Virus record (IMG/VR): IMGVR_UViG_3300028844_006574
Coordinates: 1-64,000 of that record
From: a virus
Length of the DNA stretch: 64,000 nucleotides
Strand: one strand, 5' to 3'
This document shows, piece by piece, positions 19,741 through 28,361 of the stretch. Position numbers and translations under genes: made by a program. The notes beneath the pieces were generated by a model that was given only the letters and a program-made list of their open reading frames with translations, searched no databases and was not told where the DNA came from. Within the stretch, counting starts at the first letter, position 1, and each line of letters begins with the position of its first letter.

Positions 19741-19766
19741 TATTTATACCACTATCAGCATAAATA
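19741..19766. promoter_or_regulatory. Divergent late promoters for gp17 and the 19772 ORF
   Basis: TATTTATA at 19741 and TAAATA at 19761-19766. Confidence 0.75.
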
Positions 19767-19771
19767 ACGGT

Positions 19772-20614
19772 ATGACACGTGTAAACACTTTGAATGAAAT
19801 AGCGGACATCTACTTTGCCGGTAAGAAAATAGTAGAAGAGAAAGCAGACAACGTTGTAGGTAAGCAAGCTGCAGGCCAGGAGTTAGAAGATGAGAAAAAG
19901 GCATCTAAAAAACCTGCCAAAGGAACTGGACCAGAGGCTGCTGATAATTATGATAAAAAAGTCAATGAAGCTGGTGGTACCGGAGCTCGTGATGAAAAAA
20001 ATCAATACTCCGCCGGGAAAACTTCAAACGAGAGTATAAATAATCAAGATATGAGCAAGAAAAAAAGCATTTTTGATAAACTTTATGAAGAAGTTCTCGG
20101 AGGAGACGATGATGAACTCGAGATGGGCGCCGGTTTTGACGCATTCGGAGGAGACGACGAAGGTGGTGAAGACGATGAATTTGGATCTGATGAAGTGACT
20201 CTCAGTCTACCAAGAGACTTAGCTGAGAAATTACATGAAGTACTCATGGACCAGCTCGACGGTGGAGAAGATGACATAGAAGACATCGAAGACACAGAAG
20301 ATATGGAAGAACTTGACGAGTATAGTTCAGACGAAGAAGACGAAGATGAAGAGGTGATGCAAGAAGCACCAGAACATCAAGAGCTCGGAGATGCTGGACC
20401 CGGAGGTTCTGATACAGACAAAGGAAGTTTAAAAGGTAAAAACAACAAAGTAGGTGGCAAAACCGGAGTCACAATGAAAGGTCATGGTCAAGGTAAACTC
20501 AAAGGAGGAAAATCCGAACCATCACCACTTGGTGACAAAGTAGGTACATTGACCGGAAAAGACAACAAAGTCGGTGGTCGTATAACTGGTAAAGACCAAG
20601 ACGCATTTGCTTAA
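19772..20614 (+). CDS. Highly acidic late protein, probable prohead core/scaffold-like or internal protein
   Basis: D/E-rich centre, G/K-rich tail, several (L/V)-x-E sites, own late promoter and terminator. Confidence 0.6.
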   Translation: MTRVNTLNEIADIYFAGKKIVEEKADNVVGKQAAGQELEDEKKASKKPAKGTGPEAADNYDKKVNEAGGTGARDEKNQYSAGKTSNESINNQDMSKKKSIFDKLYEEVLGGDDDELEMGAGFDAFGGDDEGGEDDEFGSDEVTLSLPRDLAEKLHEVLMDQLDGGEDDIEDIEDTEDMEELDEYSSDEEDEDEEVMQEAPEHQELGDAGPGGSDTDKGSLKGKNNKVGGKTGVTMKGHGQGKLKGGKSEPSPLGDKVGTLTGKDNKVGGRITGKDQDAFA

Positions 20615-20641
20615 AATTTAACTCAAATCAAATCACAATAG

Positions 20642-20664
20642 AACCGCTCTAGGGCGGTTTTTTT
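20642..20664 (+). terminator. Rho-independent terminator
   Basis: AACCGCTCTAGGGCGGTT hairpin followed by T-run. Confidence 0.9.
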
Positions 20665-20699
20665 GTGGATATATAATAATATATGATATAAATGTTGGT

Positions 20700-21608
20700 G
20701 TGAATATAAAGGAGTATTACGCTACTGATCTACATGACTATCAGATATCTCCTAAACTCCTAGAGCATAGCAAAGATGCTAACATCCCTATAGCGGTTGT
20801 AGGTAACGGGGGTAGTTTGTCCGAACTGACAAACAGACAAATCGATAAATTAAACACATGTCGTATGTTTAGATGTAACTGGGCATTTGATGATCCGAGT
20901 AAATTGAAAAAACAATACGCAATATACTTTGCTCAGGCATTCAATGGATCCGGAGAAAACGATTTTACCGAGACTGTGACCACCGCGTCTCATCAAGGCC
21001 GGTTCGAGTGGTACAAATTTCAGAAAACAATAGTGTATGATTATAGTCTGTTCAGCTCAGTAGTGAACAACGAAGGCATGCCGGTCTGGCCGACCACCGG
21101 TATACAGATGTTATTAACCGCGGCGTTTCTTATCCCCTCTCCGGAGATACATATAGCAGGTTTAGACATGTACACTTACAAACGAAAAAAATCAGTGATG
21201 TCAAAACAAGAATCGCTTGAGTATTTGAAAAAACATGGAAAAAAATTCGGTAGGAGCCCCACTGGTAGCATAGGCATCGGTCTAGCTAAAGAAAACTTGA
21301 CATATATACACCCAAAAAAATGGGTAGAAACTATTCTAAAAATTAAAGCAACATATCATTATGTAGAATTAGATATATTGTTATTGTTCAAAATATTTTC
21401 ACATTGCATGTACCATAAAAAACCGGTACATATATATAACAGTGATACACTGAGCAATATATATAACATAACTAAAGATAATAAAGACGTTATACACGGG
21501 TATTTTTTACAAGACAAAGACAAGTTCGATTCATACGAGGCTATATACAAAGTGTATAACATGTGGAGATTGATAAACAAAACCATGGACCAGGTGCTGC
21601 CAGATTAA
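20700..21608 (+). CDS. Sialyltransferase-fold glycosyltransferase (CstII/GT42- or GT29-like)
   Basis: AVVGNGGSL, FRCN, PTTG, EIHIAGLDMY and HYVELD line up with remembered CstII motifs IAGNGPSL, FRCN, ITSG, EIYLSGIDFY, HSKNTD. Confidence 0.7.
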   Translation: MNIKEYYATDLHDYQISPKLLEHSKDANIPIAVVGNGGSLSELTNRQIDKLNTCRMFRCNWAFDDPSKLKKQYAIYFAQAFNGSGENDFTETVTTASHQGRFEWYKFQKTIVYDYSLFSSVVNNEGMPVWPTTGIQMLLTAAFLIPSPEIHIAGLDMYTYKRKKSVMSKQESLEYLKKHGKKFGRSPTGSIGIGLAKENLTYIHPKKWVETILKIKATYHYVELDILLLFKIFSHCMYHKKPVHIYNSDTLSNIYNITKDNKDVIHGYFLQDKDKFDSYEAIYKVYNMWRLINKTMDQVLPD

Positions 21609-21616
21609 ATAATCAT

Positions 21617-22192
21617 ATGGCAGAGTTGAAAAAAGAAGTAAGACAATCATATTTAAACAAGGCCCGGACTGATAAATTCCGTATTGCAGTACCGTTACCA
21701 CCAGTACTACGTAACAAAGACACTCGACTTGTACGTTCTGCGGAGTATGTTGACAAAGACAGTATCAACTTCAGTATATTTGCAATAAACATTCCCACCA
21801 TCGCGGTTGAACCAGTCGATTTAAAGTTCGGTGGTCAAACCCCGCGTATTAGCAGCATGGCTAGAACTGCTTTTGATCCCGTGGATGTAAAATTTGTGGT
21901 AGATAACATGTATGCTAATTACTGGCTGTTATATACATGGTTGAATCTGTTACACGATGAAGAGACCGGTCACATGGTCAAAGCAAAAGGTTCAAGTCAA
22001 CCGATAGATCAGTGGACAACCAACATAAAAGTAACAGGTATTGATGAGTATAATGAAAATGTGATTGAATATACATTTACTAATTGTGTCCCACAGGAGC
22101 TTGGCGCTATTTCATATAATTATCAAGAAACAAATGAGATAGAGAGCAGCTTTAAATTTAGATTTCACCAATTAAAAGTTAAAATTGTGTGA
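21617..22192 (+). CDS. gp3: Tail completion / tube terminator protein (T4 gp3-like)
   Basis: FDPVDVKFVVDNMYANY..LYTW, FTNCVP.ELG; ATG 21617 is 5 nt after TAAATA. Confidence 0.7.
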   Translation: MAELKKEVRQSYLNKARTDKFRIAVPLPPVLRNKDTRLVRSAEYVDKDSINFSIFAINIPTIAVEPVDLKFGGQTPRISSMARTAFDPVDVKFVVDNMYANYWLLYTWLNLLHDEETGHMVKAKGSSQPIDQWTTNIKVTGIDEYNENVIEYTFTNCVPQELGAISYNYQETNEIESSFKFRFHQLKVKIV

Positions 22193-22247
22193 AATTCAGA
22201 AAAAATTGGTTTAGAGTTGACTAAATACTTAGGAAGGAAAATTTATT

Positions 22248-24941
22248 ATGGCAAGAACAATTCAATCCCCTGGTGTAGAAATTAATGAGATCGATCTTAG
22301 CTCACGCACATCGTTCCCAATCGGTACAAATATCCTTATTCAAGGATTCTCCTCAAACGGACCAACCGATGAAACTTTGATCGTTAGCACTTTCTCAGAA
22401 TTCGAGACAATATATGGTACCCCCACAAACGCAGCTGAAAGGTATTTTTACCACACAGTAAAATCGACTTTTAACAGTCCTGCTAATGTGTTGGTCAATC
22501 GCTTACCTTACGGTAATCAAAAAGGTGAAGGTTTCACCGACGAGCTATTCAGTGCTCTTTGCTTACCTGTTAGCGGTGACGATCATTGGGCCAATCCATT
22601 GTCCGGAAGCTTTTTAACAGACAAAAGCGCCCTCACAGGTGCGGACCAACAAGCATCCGCCGGTGATGGTGACGGTTACAATGCAGACGGTACAGCTTCT
22701 AACAAGTTAGGTAGCATCTCTGACAGTACAAAATTAATGTTTGGTACACCGGTTCGTATGGATTTGTTACCAGAGGAGTACCAAGCGGTCAAAAATGGAG
22801 AAATTTCATTTGAAGAAAATTGCTTAGTACCACTGAAGGATTCAGACGGTACAGTCGATTACAGTGACCCAATCTTCGACAATGTAGGTGCTGAACAACA
22901 AAACGCATGTAAGTTTGATGATCTACCAGCATATTATAGTGCTGATGTACCTGGTATCGACATTGACAATTATGACGTTAACGGAAAACGTAAGCTTCGT
23001 GCTTTCGTTAACCGTGCCAAGTATGCTGGAATGTTCATCGTGAACAAAGCTCAAACAACTATTAACACATATTTTGAAGGCTATTATTTAGCGTTTGGAG
23101 ATAACATGCAGTTCGCTATCAACGACGGTACAGACAATGAAACCAACTTTTTTGATGCTATTGAAGGTTGTAAAACATTCGGTATTCAAGGAACATACTT
23201 CGATGTACCAGTTGTACGCCAAAACTTCAAAACAACAGCTCATACAGTGACTGGTGCTGGAGGAAGCATGAGTGAAGTGTTTGAAAACACACCAAACTAT
23301 GATATTGCTAATCCTGAGAATCGTGACGTTATCGGTCTTGGAGTTTTCAAGCTCAAGAAAAGTATTTACGCGACAGACACAACCATGTTGGACTTCGGTC
23401 TTGAAGAAGGACACATTGGTAGTATGGACGCTTACAAGCAAACAGCTAATATTACTGGCGGTAAGCCCAAGAGCTTCTACATTGAAACAGTCGATGCTAA
23501 CAGCTCTGTCCTCACAATCTTCGCTAACAAGTTTATATCGGAAAACACCGGTACATTCTTGACAGACACAGAGAACCCATTGGTCCCCAACACCACTATT
23601 TACTTTCACCCTGAAGCTCAAAAGTATGCTTGGGCCACCGGAAGTTATCAAGAAGAAGTTCCTGCCAGCTCTAAAAAGAGCATCGGTAGTGTGAATGCCA
23701 AGATTCAACGTAATTTCGACAAATTGTCCAACCTTGATGAATGGGACATTGACATCACATGTGATGCCGGTCTTACATCCATCTCTACATATGTTAAATA
23801 TATACAAGAGAAGACAAAATATAAAGCTCTAGAAAATTGGTTAGATGCTAACGGTTATAGTTCTTATGATGATGCGATCGCAGATCTAGGTGTACCTAGT
23901 CTCAAAGCAGCTATTGATTCTGGTGCAGCCGCAGTTTCTAGCCTTGCAGATAGTTATCCAGATAACAGAGACATCATTGTTGCATATGATGATGATGCAG
24001 TGATGGACACATCTGGTTTATTCTCCAACACAATCGGAGACAGCACAGGAGCTGCAGCTGATTGGGTAGGTTTACAAGGAGGAAAGACCTGGACTGGTCA
24101 AGAGGTGATCAACAACTGGAAATCTTGTGTAGATTCATTGGTAATTTTTGCTCAAGACCGTAGAAAAGATCACATCACATTGATTGACCCGTTACGTCAC
24201 ATCTTTGTACAAGGTAGAAACGGAGTTGCTTCCAAGGACACAACCAAAAACTTCAGTCAACACATCTTTTACCCAATGAAACATTTGATGGGCGTGGTGA
24301 ACACAAACTACGCTGCAACATATGGTACCTGGGTGAAGCAATACGATGCATCTCAAGACAAAAACTTCTGGGCTCCGCCTAGTGGTGTTGTTGCAGCATC
24401 ATTTGCTACAAATGACTCAGTATATCAACCATGGTTTGCCCCAGCAGGTTTCACCAGAGGCTTGATAACAAATGCGTTAGAAATTGCACTACGACCTAAT
24501 CAAAAGCAACGTGATCAGTTCTACAAAATTGGAGTCAATCCAATCGCGTGGTTCCCAGGTGACGGGTATGTGATATTTGGTCAGAAAACACTGCAAGCCA
24601 AACCTAGTGCGTTCGACAGAATCAATGTACGTCGTATGTTCCTCTACTTGGAAAAAGCAGTTCGTAAGACAGTCAAGTACTTCGTATTTGAACCCAACAC
24701 ATTCGCGACACGTCAGAACATAATCGCGGTTCTCACACCCATATTCCAACGGGTCAAGAGCACGCAAGGTTGTTATGACTACTTGATCGTTTGTGACGAC
24801 AGAAACAACCCACCAGCTGTTATTGATAACAACGAGATGGTGATTGATATATACATCAAACCAGTAAGGTTTGCCGAGTTCATCTTGGTTAACTTTTACG
24901 CAACCAGAACAGATCAAAACTTTGGAGAATTGATCGGGTAA
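22248..24941 (+). CDS. gp18: Tail sheath protein (T4 gp18)
   Basis: SPGVEINEIDL, PWFAPAG..RG, GQKTL, SAFDRINVRR, FEPN; late motif plus SD. Confidence 0.97.
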   Translation: MARTIQSPGVEINEIDLSSRTSFPIGTNILIQGFSSNGPTDETLIVSTFSEFETIYGTPTNAAERYFYHTVKSTFNSPANVLVNRLPYGNQKGEGFTDELFSALCLPVSGDDHWANPLSGSFLTDKSALTGADQQASAGDGDGYNADGTASNKLGSISDSTKLMFGTPVRMDLLPEEYQAVKNGEISFEENCLVPLKDSDGTVDYSDPIFDNVGAEQQNACKFDDLPAYYSADVPGIDIDNYDVNGKRKLRAFVNRAKYAGMFIVNKAQTTINTYFEGYYLAFGDNMQFAINDGTDNETNFFDAIEGCKTFGIQGTYFDVPVVRQNFKTTAHTVTGAGGSMSEVFENTPNYDIANPENRDVIGLGVFKLKKSIYATDTTMLDFGLEEGHIGSMDAYKQTANITGGKPKSFYIETVDANSSVLTIFANKFISENTGTFLTDTENPLVPNTTIYFHPEAQKYAWATGSYQEEVPASSKKSIGSVNAKIQRNFDKLSNLDEWDIDITCDAGLTSISTYVKYIQEKTKYKALENWLDANGYSSYDDAIADLGVPSLKAAIDSGAAAVSSLADSYPDNRDIIVAYDDDAVMDTSGLFSNTIGDSTGAAADWVGLQGGKTWTGQEVINNWKSCVDSLVIFAQDRRKDHITLIDPLRHIFVQGRNGVASKDTTKNFSQHIFYPMKHLMGVVNTNYAATYGTWVKQYDASQDKNFWAPPSGVVAASFATNDSVYQPWFAPAGFTRGLITNALEIALRPNQKQRDQFYKIGVNPIAWFPGDGYVIFGQKTLQAKPSAFDRINVRRMFLYLEKAVRKTVKYFVFEPNTFATRQNIIAVLTPIFQRVKSTQGCYDYLIVCDDRNNPPAVIDNNEMVIDIYIKPVRFAEFILVNFYATRTDQNFGELIG

Positions 24942-24979
24942 GGAGACTAGAGACTAAATAATTTTAGGAGATAACAGAT

Positions 24980-25642
24980 ATGGCAGATATAACAGAATAT
25001 GATATTGAACACTTTTACGACAATCTAATTGTCCGGGAAGTAGCTAGACAACACCAATTCCGTGTTACTAGTATCAACACAGGGTTTGGTCAGGACGTAC
25101 CAGCAGGTATTAATGACGTAGAAAACAAGTTGTTGGTAGAGAGTACCACACTTCCCGCAAGAAGCGTGACCAACGTACCGGTCAACTTCCACGGGGTGGA
25201 TTTCAACTTACCAGGTAACGCTAAGTACCCTGGAAGTGATGCATGGAACGTGACGTTTAGATTAGACCAACAGTTGAACATCCGTCGGATATTCGAAGAC
25301 TGGAACACAGCAGTGTTTGACGACCGTACCACCGCAGGTAGTATCGTTCGTAGTAATGACGCTTACATGGTGATCAGTTTGTTCGACCAGATGGGTGCTT
25401 CTCACGCACAATACGTGCTATGGGGTATATATCCTACAGAAGTAGGTTCCCTCGAGTACAACGTTGGCTCAGACGGAGAGATTGTCACATGTCAGGTGAC
25501 CCTTGCGTACCATTATTGGAGCCGTCAAGGACCTACAGCATTCAACAACCGCGCTATTGTTGCCGATCCATCACTTGGTGGTGGAGTACAAAACTCGGCC
25601 AGCACATACGGTGGTAGTGCTAATGCAGAAACCGGACTGTAA
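24980..25642 (+). CDS. gp19: Tail tube protein (T4 gp19)
   Basis: ARQHQFRV, TLPA, W.VTF..D....IR..FE.W, YPTEVG.LEY, VTLAY.YW; follows sheath; AGGAG SD. Confidence 0.92.
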   Translation: MADITEYDIEHFYDNLIVREVARQHQFRVTSINTGFGQDVPAGINDVENKLLVESTTLPARSVTNVPVNFHGVDFNLPGNAKYPGSDAWNVTFRLDQQLNIRRIFEDWNTAVFDDRTTAGSIVRSNDAYMVISLFDQMGASHAQYVLWGIYPTEVGSLEYNVGSDGEIVTCQVTLAYHYWSRQGPTAFNNRAIVADPSLGGGVQNSASTYGGSANAETGL

Positions 25643-25664
25643 TAGTCGTATCAATATTCTCAAT

Positions 25665-25696
25665 AAAAAGACCGCTCCTAGGAGCGGTCTTTTTTT
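25665..25696 (+). terminator. Rho-independent (bidirectional-type) terminator
   Basis: Perfect palindrome AAAAAGACCGCTCCTAGGAGCGGTCTTTTT plus T-run. Confidence 0.92.
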
Positions 25697-25731
25697 GTTT
25701 ACATAACTAAACATGTGGAATAAATAATTAT

Positions 25732-26571
25732 GTGACGGATCATATCAAATTCCCCCTGAGCTACAGTTCTGACACCAGTGAAGGAGCAAAAAGGTTCAAC
25801 TTGTTTGAAGAGTTGTTGTTACACAACTGGCCAACCGTACTGGCCAACCCCACAATGTGGTACATCACGTTTAGTCATATACCTAAACCTATAAGGAAGT
25901 TAGACAGGGACAATATATTGAACAAAGAAGGACCTAACACATATGATCAGTTACTTTCAAATCAAAAAAACTTGATCACATCCATGACCAACTCAATTGG
26001 ATGTATGTTAGCACACAGCGTGGAGTTACCCACAATACAAGTCCAAGCCGGGAGAGAACAAACACGAATGGGTGGTTATTACTCTGGATTAGTCAGCGAT
26101 ACTGTAACAGATGAAAACACAATCCGTATGGAGTTCAGAGAAACACACAGCTCCATATCAGAATTTATATTTAGACCATGGATAGAAGCAGTAGCTAAAA
26201 ATGGATTGATCGCTAGACCTCCCGGAGATCCAAGAAATGTCAAGTGTCATATAAGAATGTTCCAGATGGGTAAGGTGGGTCCAGGTACAGACCCCGTGGT
26301 ACGTAAAGTGTGGACATTTTATGATTGTGTACCTATAGACCTCTCAACACAACGGTATGCGCATGATGGTACATGGAGCGCACAAGACATGTTTTTTAAT
26401 ACCAATTGGATATACAGCAAATACAACATACAAGACATCAAATTCGAAAACATGAGTGAATTGTACAAAACACACATCGAAAGTCCGCTGAGCCGCCCGG
26501 ACTCTAGTCAGCGTACCAGTGGTAGAGTTGGTGAAAATGACGCACCTGTTGCTAAAATAACAGCCATATAG
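25732..26571 (+). CDS. Tube-fold baseplate/tail-tube initiator (gp54-like)
   Basis: SVELP, FRPW, WTFYDCVPI tube-fold motifs; GTG start 5 nt after TAAATA. Confidence 0.65.
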   Translation: MTDHIKFPLSYSSDTSEGAKRFNLFEELLLHNWPTVLANPTMWYITFSHIPKPIRKLDRDNILNKEGPNTYDQLLSNQKNLITSMTNSIGCMLAHSVELPTIQVQAGREQTRMGGYYSGLVSDTVTDENTIRMEFRETHSSISEFIFRPWIEAVAKNGLIARPPGDPRNVKCHIRMFQMGKVGPGTDPVVRKVWTFYDCVPIDLSTQRYAHDGTWSAQDMFFNTNWIYSKYNIQDIKFENMSELYKTHIESPLSRPDSSQRTSGRVGENDAPVAKITAI

Positions 26572-26582
26572 TAAATAGTTTG

Positions 26583-27479
26583 ATGGAATGGACGCTCACA
26601 GCTCCTATAATATCACATGAGAAGAACTATCGCTTCGCTCCGTTAACCAACAGACATCATGAAGTGATCATAAAATACTGCACCGGTAAGGACGATGCTG
26701 GTTTAGTGATGTTCATGCAAGACATGTTACAAGAACTGTCTCTAGACAAATCTGTAAAATATGATGAAATTCCAGCTATTGACCAGCTGTTTTTATTGCT
26801 CCGACTCAGATCCATATGCATAGGAACCCGAATCGATATTTTGGTTGATGGAAAAAATGAAGAAGGTGAAACAGTTCCAGTGAAACACCGTGTGTCATTG
26901 ATTGACATACAAAAAAGTATCAATAAGGAATACATACAACCAATCGAACTGATAGATGATACAAACAGTATAAAAACTGTGTTACATTATCCTACTGTGT
27001 GGCAACCTCAAGACGAGACAGATTGGATTAGATCTGTAACAATTGACGATACACACGTAGATTTTGACACTTTAGAAAAGGACAACAAGCACAAGTTACT
27101 AGAGAACATGTACCGTGATTATCGTACCATGATAGATAAAAATATACACAAATTAGAACAGAGTATAGATAAAATGATATTTGTACGTATACCTAGTGAG
27201 AATCCTGGAGAAAATGACCCTAACATCACCATAAATCACGACCAATTTTACCATATAATCAGAGTGTTATACTCAGACACCTTGAACAATTTTGCAGAAC
27301 TCATGTATGTTTTTGTAAAGGTTATGAACTTTTCACTCTCCGACGCGATGAAACTAACACCAAGTGACACTCAATTATATTATCAAATGTTTGTGAAAGA
27401 GCAAAATGAGAAAGAGAAAGCGGCTAGAGCTGCTCAACAAGCAGCTAGGAGCAATTCTAGAACCGTGGGTAGCAGGTAA
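26583..27479 (+). CDS. Baseplate hub assembly protein (gp26-like) with gp51-like C-terminus
   Basis: DQLFLLLRLRSICIG (gp26 motif), YPT; C-terminal NFSLSDAMKLTPSDTQLY. Confidence 0.7.
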   Translation: MEWTLTAPIISHEKNYRFAPLTNRHHEVIIKYCTGKDDAGLVMFMQDMLQELSLDKSVKYDEIPAIDQLFLLLRLRSICIGTRIDILVDGKNEEGETVPVKHRVSLIDIQKSINKEYIQPIELIDDTNSIKTVLHYPTVWQPQDETDWIRSVTIDDTHVDFDTLEKDNKHKLLENMYRDYRTMIDKNIHKLEQSIDKMIFVRIPSENPGENDPNITINHDQFYHIIRVLYSDTLNNFAELMYVFVKVMNFSLSDAMKLTPSDTQLYYQMFVKEQNEKEKAARAAQQAARSNSRTVGSR

Positions 27480-27517
27480 ACAGTGGCTAAACAACAACCG
27501 AGACATAAGTATTTTAT

Positions 27518-28330
27518 ATGAGCGAAGACCAGCAGTTTGATCAGTTGTTAGAAACGTTGAAGCAAAAAAATGCTACACGTACACTAAACATATGGATACC
27601 ATCACTAAAGAAAGGAGTACCTTTCAAACATCTCACTCTTGAACAACAAAAAACATTGATCAAGAGCTCTGTAAGAGAAAATTTACTCAAGTTAGATTTT
27701 AGCAGGAATATTTACAATATATTAAAAGATAATAATACAGACAACACTGTTAACATAGATAAACTTACTATTGTAGATCTAATCAGCATAGGTTTAGCGT
27801 ACCGGTCCGCTGATATAAGCAATGAATATGGTTTCTATGTGGGTGATGATTTTTTCCCGGTAGATTTAGACAAGATATGTGAACGTGCCAGAACAACCGA
27901 TTATAAAAACATGTTCCAACCAGACACTATAATTGCTGATGGTTATCATGTAACGGTTCAAATACCCACTATCAAAGTGGATAAACAGATGAACGATCAT
28001 TTATTTAAAAAATACCAAGATGTACCAGATGACCCAGAGTTGTTAAGAGATGTACTGGCTGATGTGTATATACATGAAGCCGCAAAATATATAACTAATA
28101 TTGATATAGTGGAACCCGGTGACAACCCGGATGTTGAACCGTTACAAATAGATTTGACAAACACCACAGCTGAGCAACGGTTGGATGTAATAAACCAGAT
28201 ACCACTAACCGTGTTGAACCGTTTAGTAGATGTGTCTGATAAGGTACAAGAGATTGAATCTTTGCTACTAGATGTAGATCTAAACGGGGAAACAGCCACT
28301 ATACAACTAAACTCAGCCTTCTTCACATAA
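27518..28330 (+). CDS. Second gp26-like baseplate hub assembly protein
   Basis: IPS...V.FK.LT..Q.K, LTIVDLISI...RS..I, C-terminal FF. Confidence 0.65.
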   Translation: MSEDQQFDQLLETLKQKNATRTLNIWIPSLKKGVPFKHLTLEQQKTLIKSSVRENLLKLDFSRNIYNILKDNNTDNTVNIDKLTIVDLISIGLAYRSADISNEYGFYVGDDFFPVDLDKICERARTTDYKNMFQPDTIIADGYHVTVQIPTIKVDKQMNDHLFKKYQDVPDDPELLRDVLADVYIHEAAKYITNIDIVEPGDNPDVEPLQIDLTNTTAEQRLDVINQIPLTVLNRLVDVSDKVQEIESLLLDVDLNGETATIQLNSAFFT

Positions 28331-28361
28331 TAGATTCTAGGCATAAATATTAATAGAGTTT

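Noticed and set aside
19733-19867. 45-aa N-terminal extension of terminase in the ORF track
   Set aside because: Overlaps the divergent gene and both late promoters; conserved YLGN begins just after TTG 19732
23088-23807. 239-aa antisense ORF (and many other shadow ORFs in the track)
   Set aside because: Fully inside well-supported genes on the opposite strand; explained by codon bias
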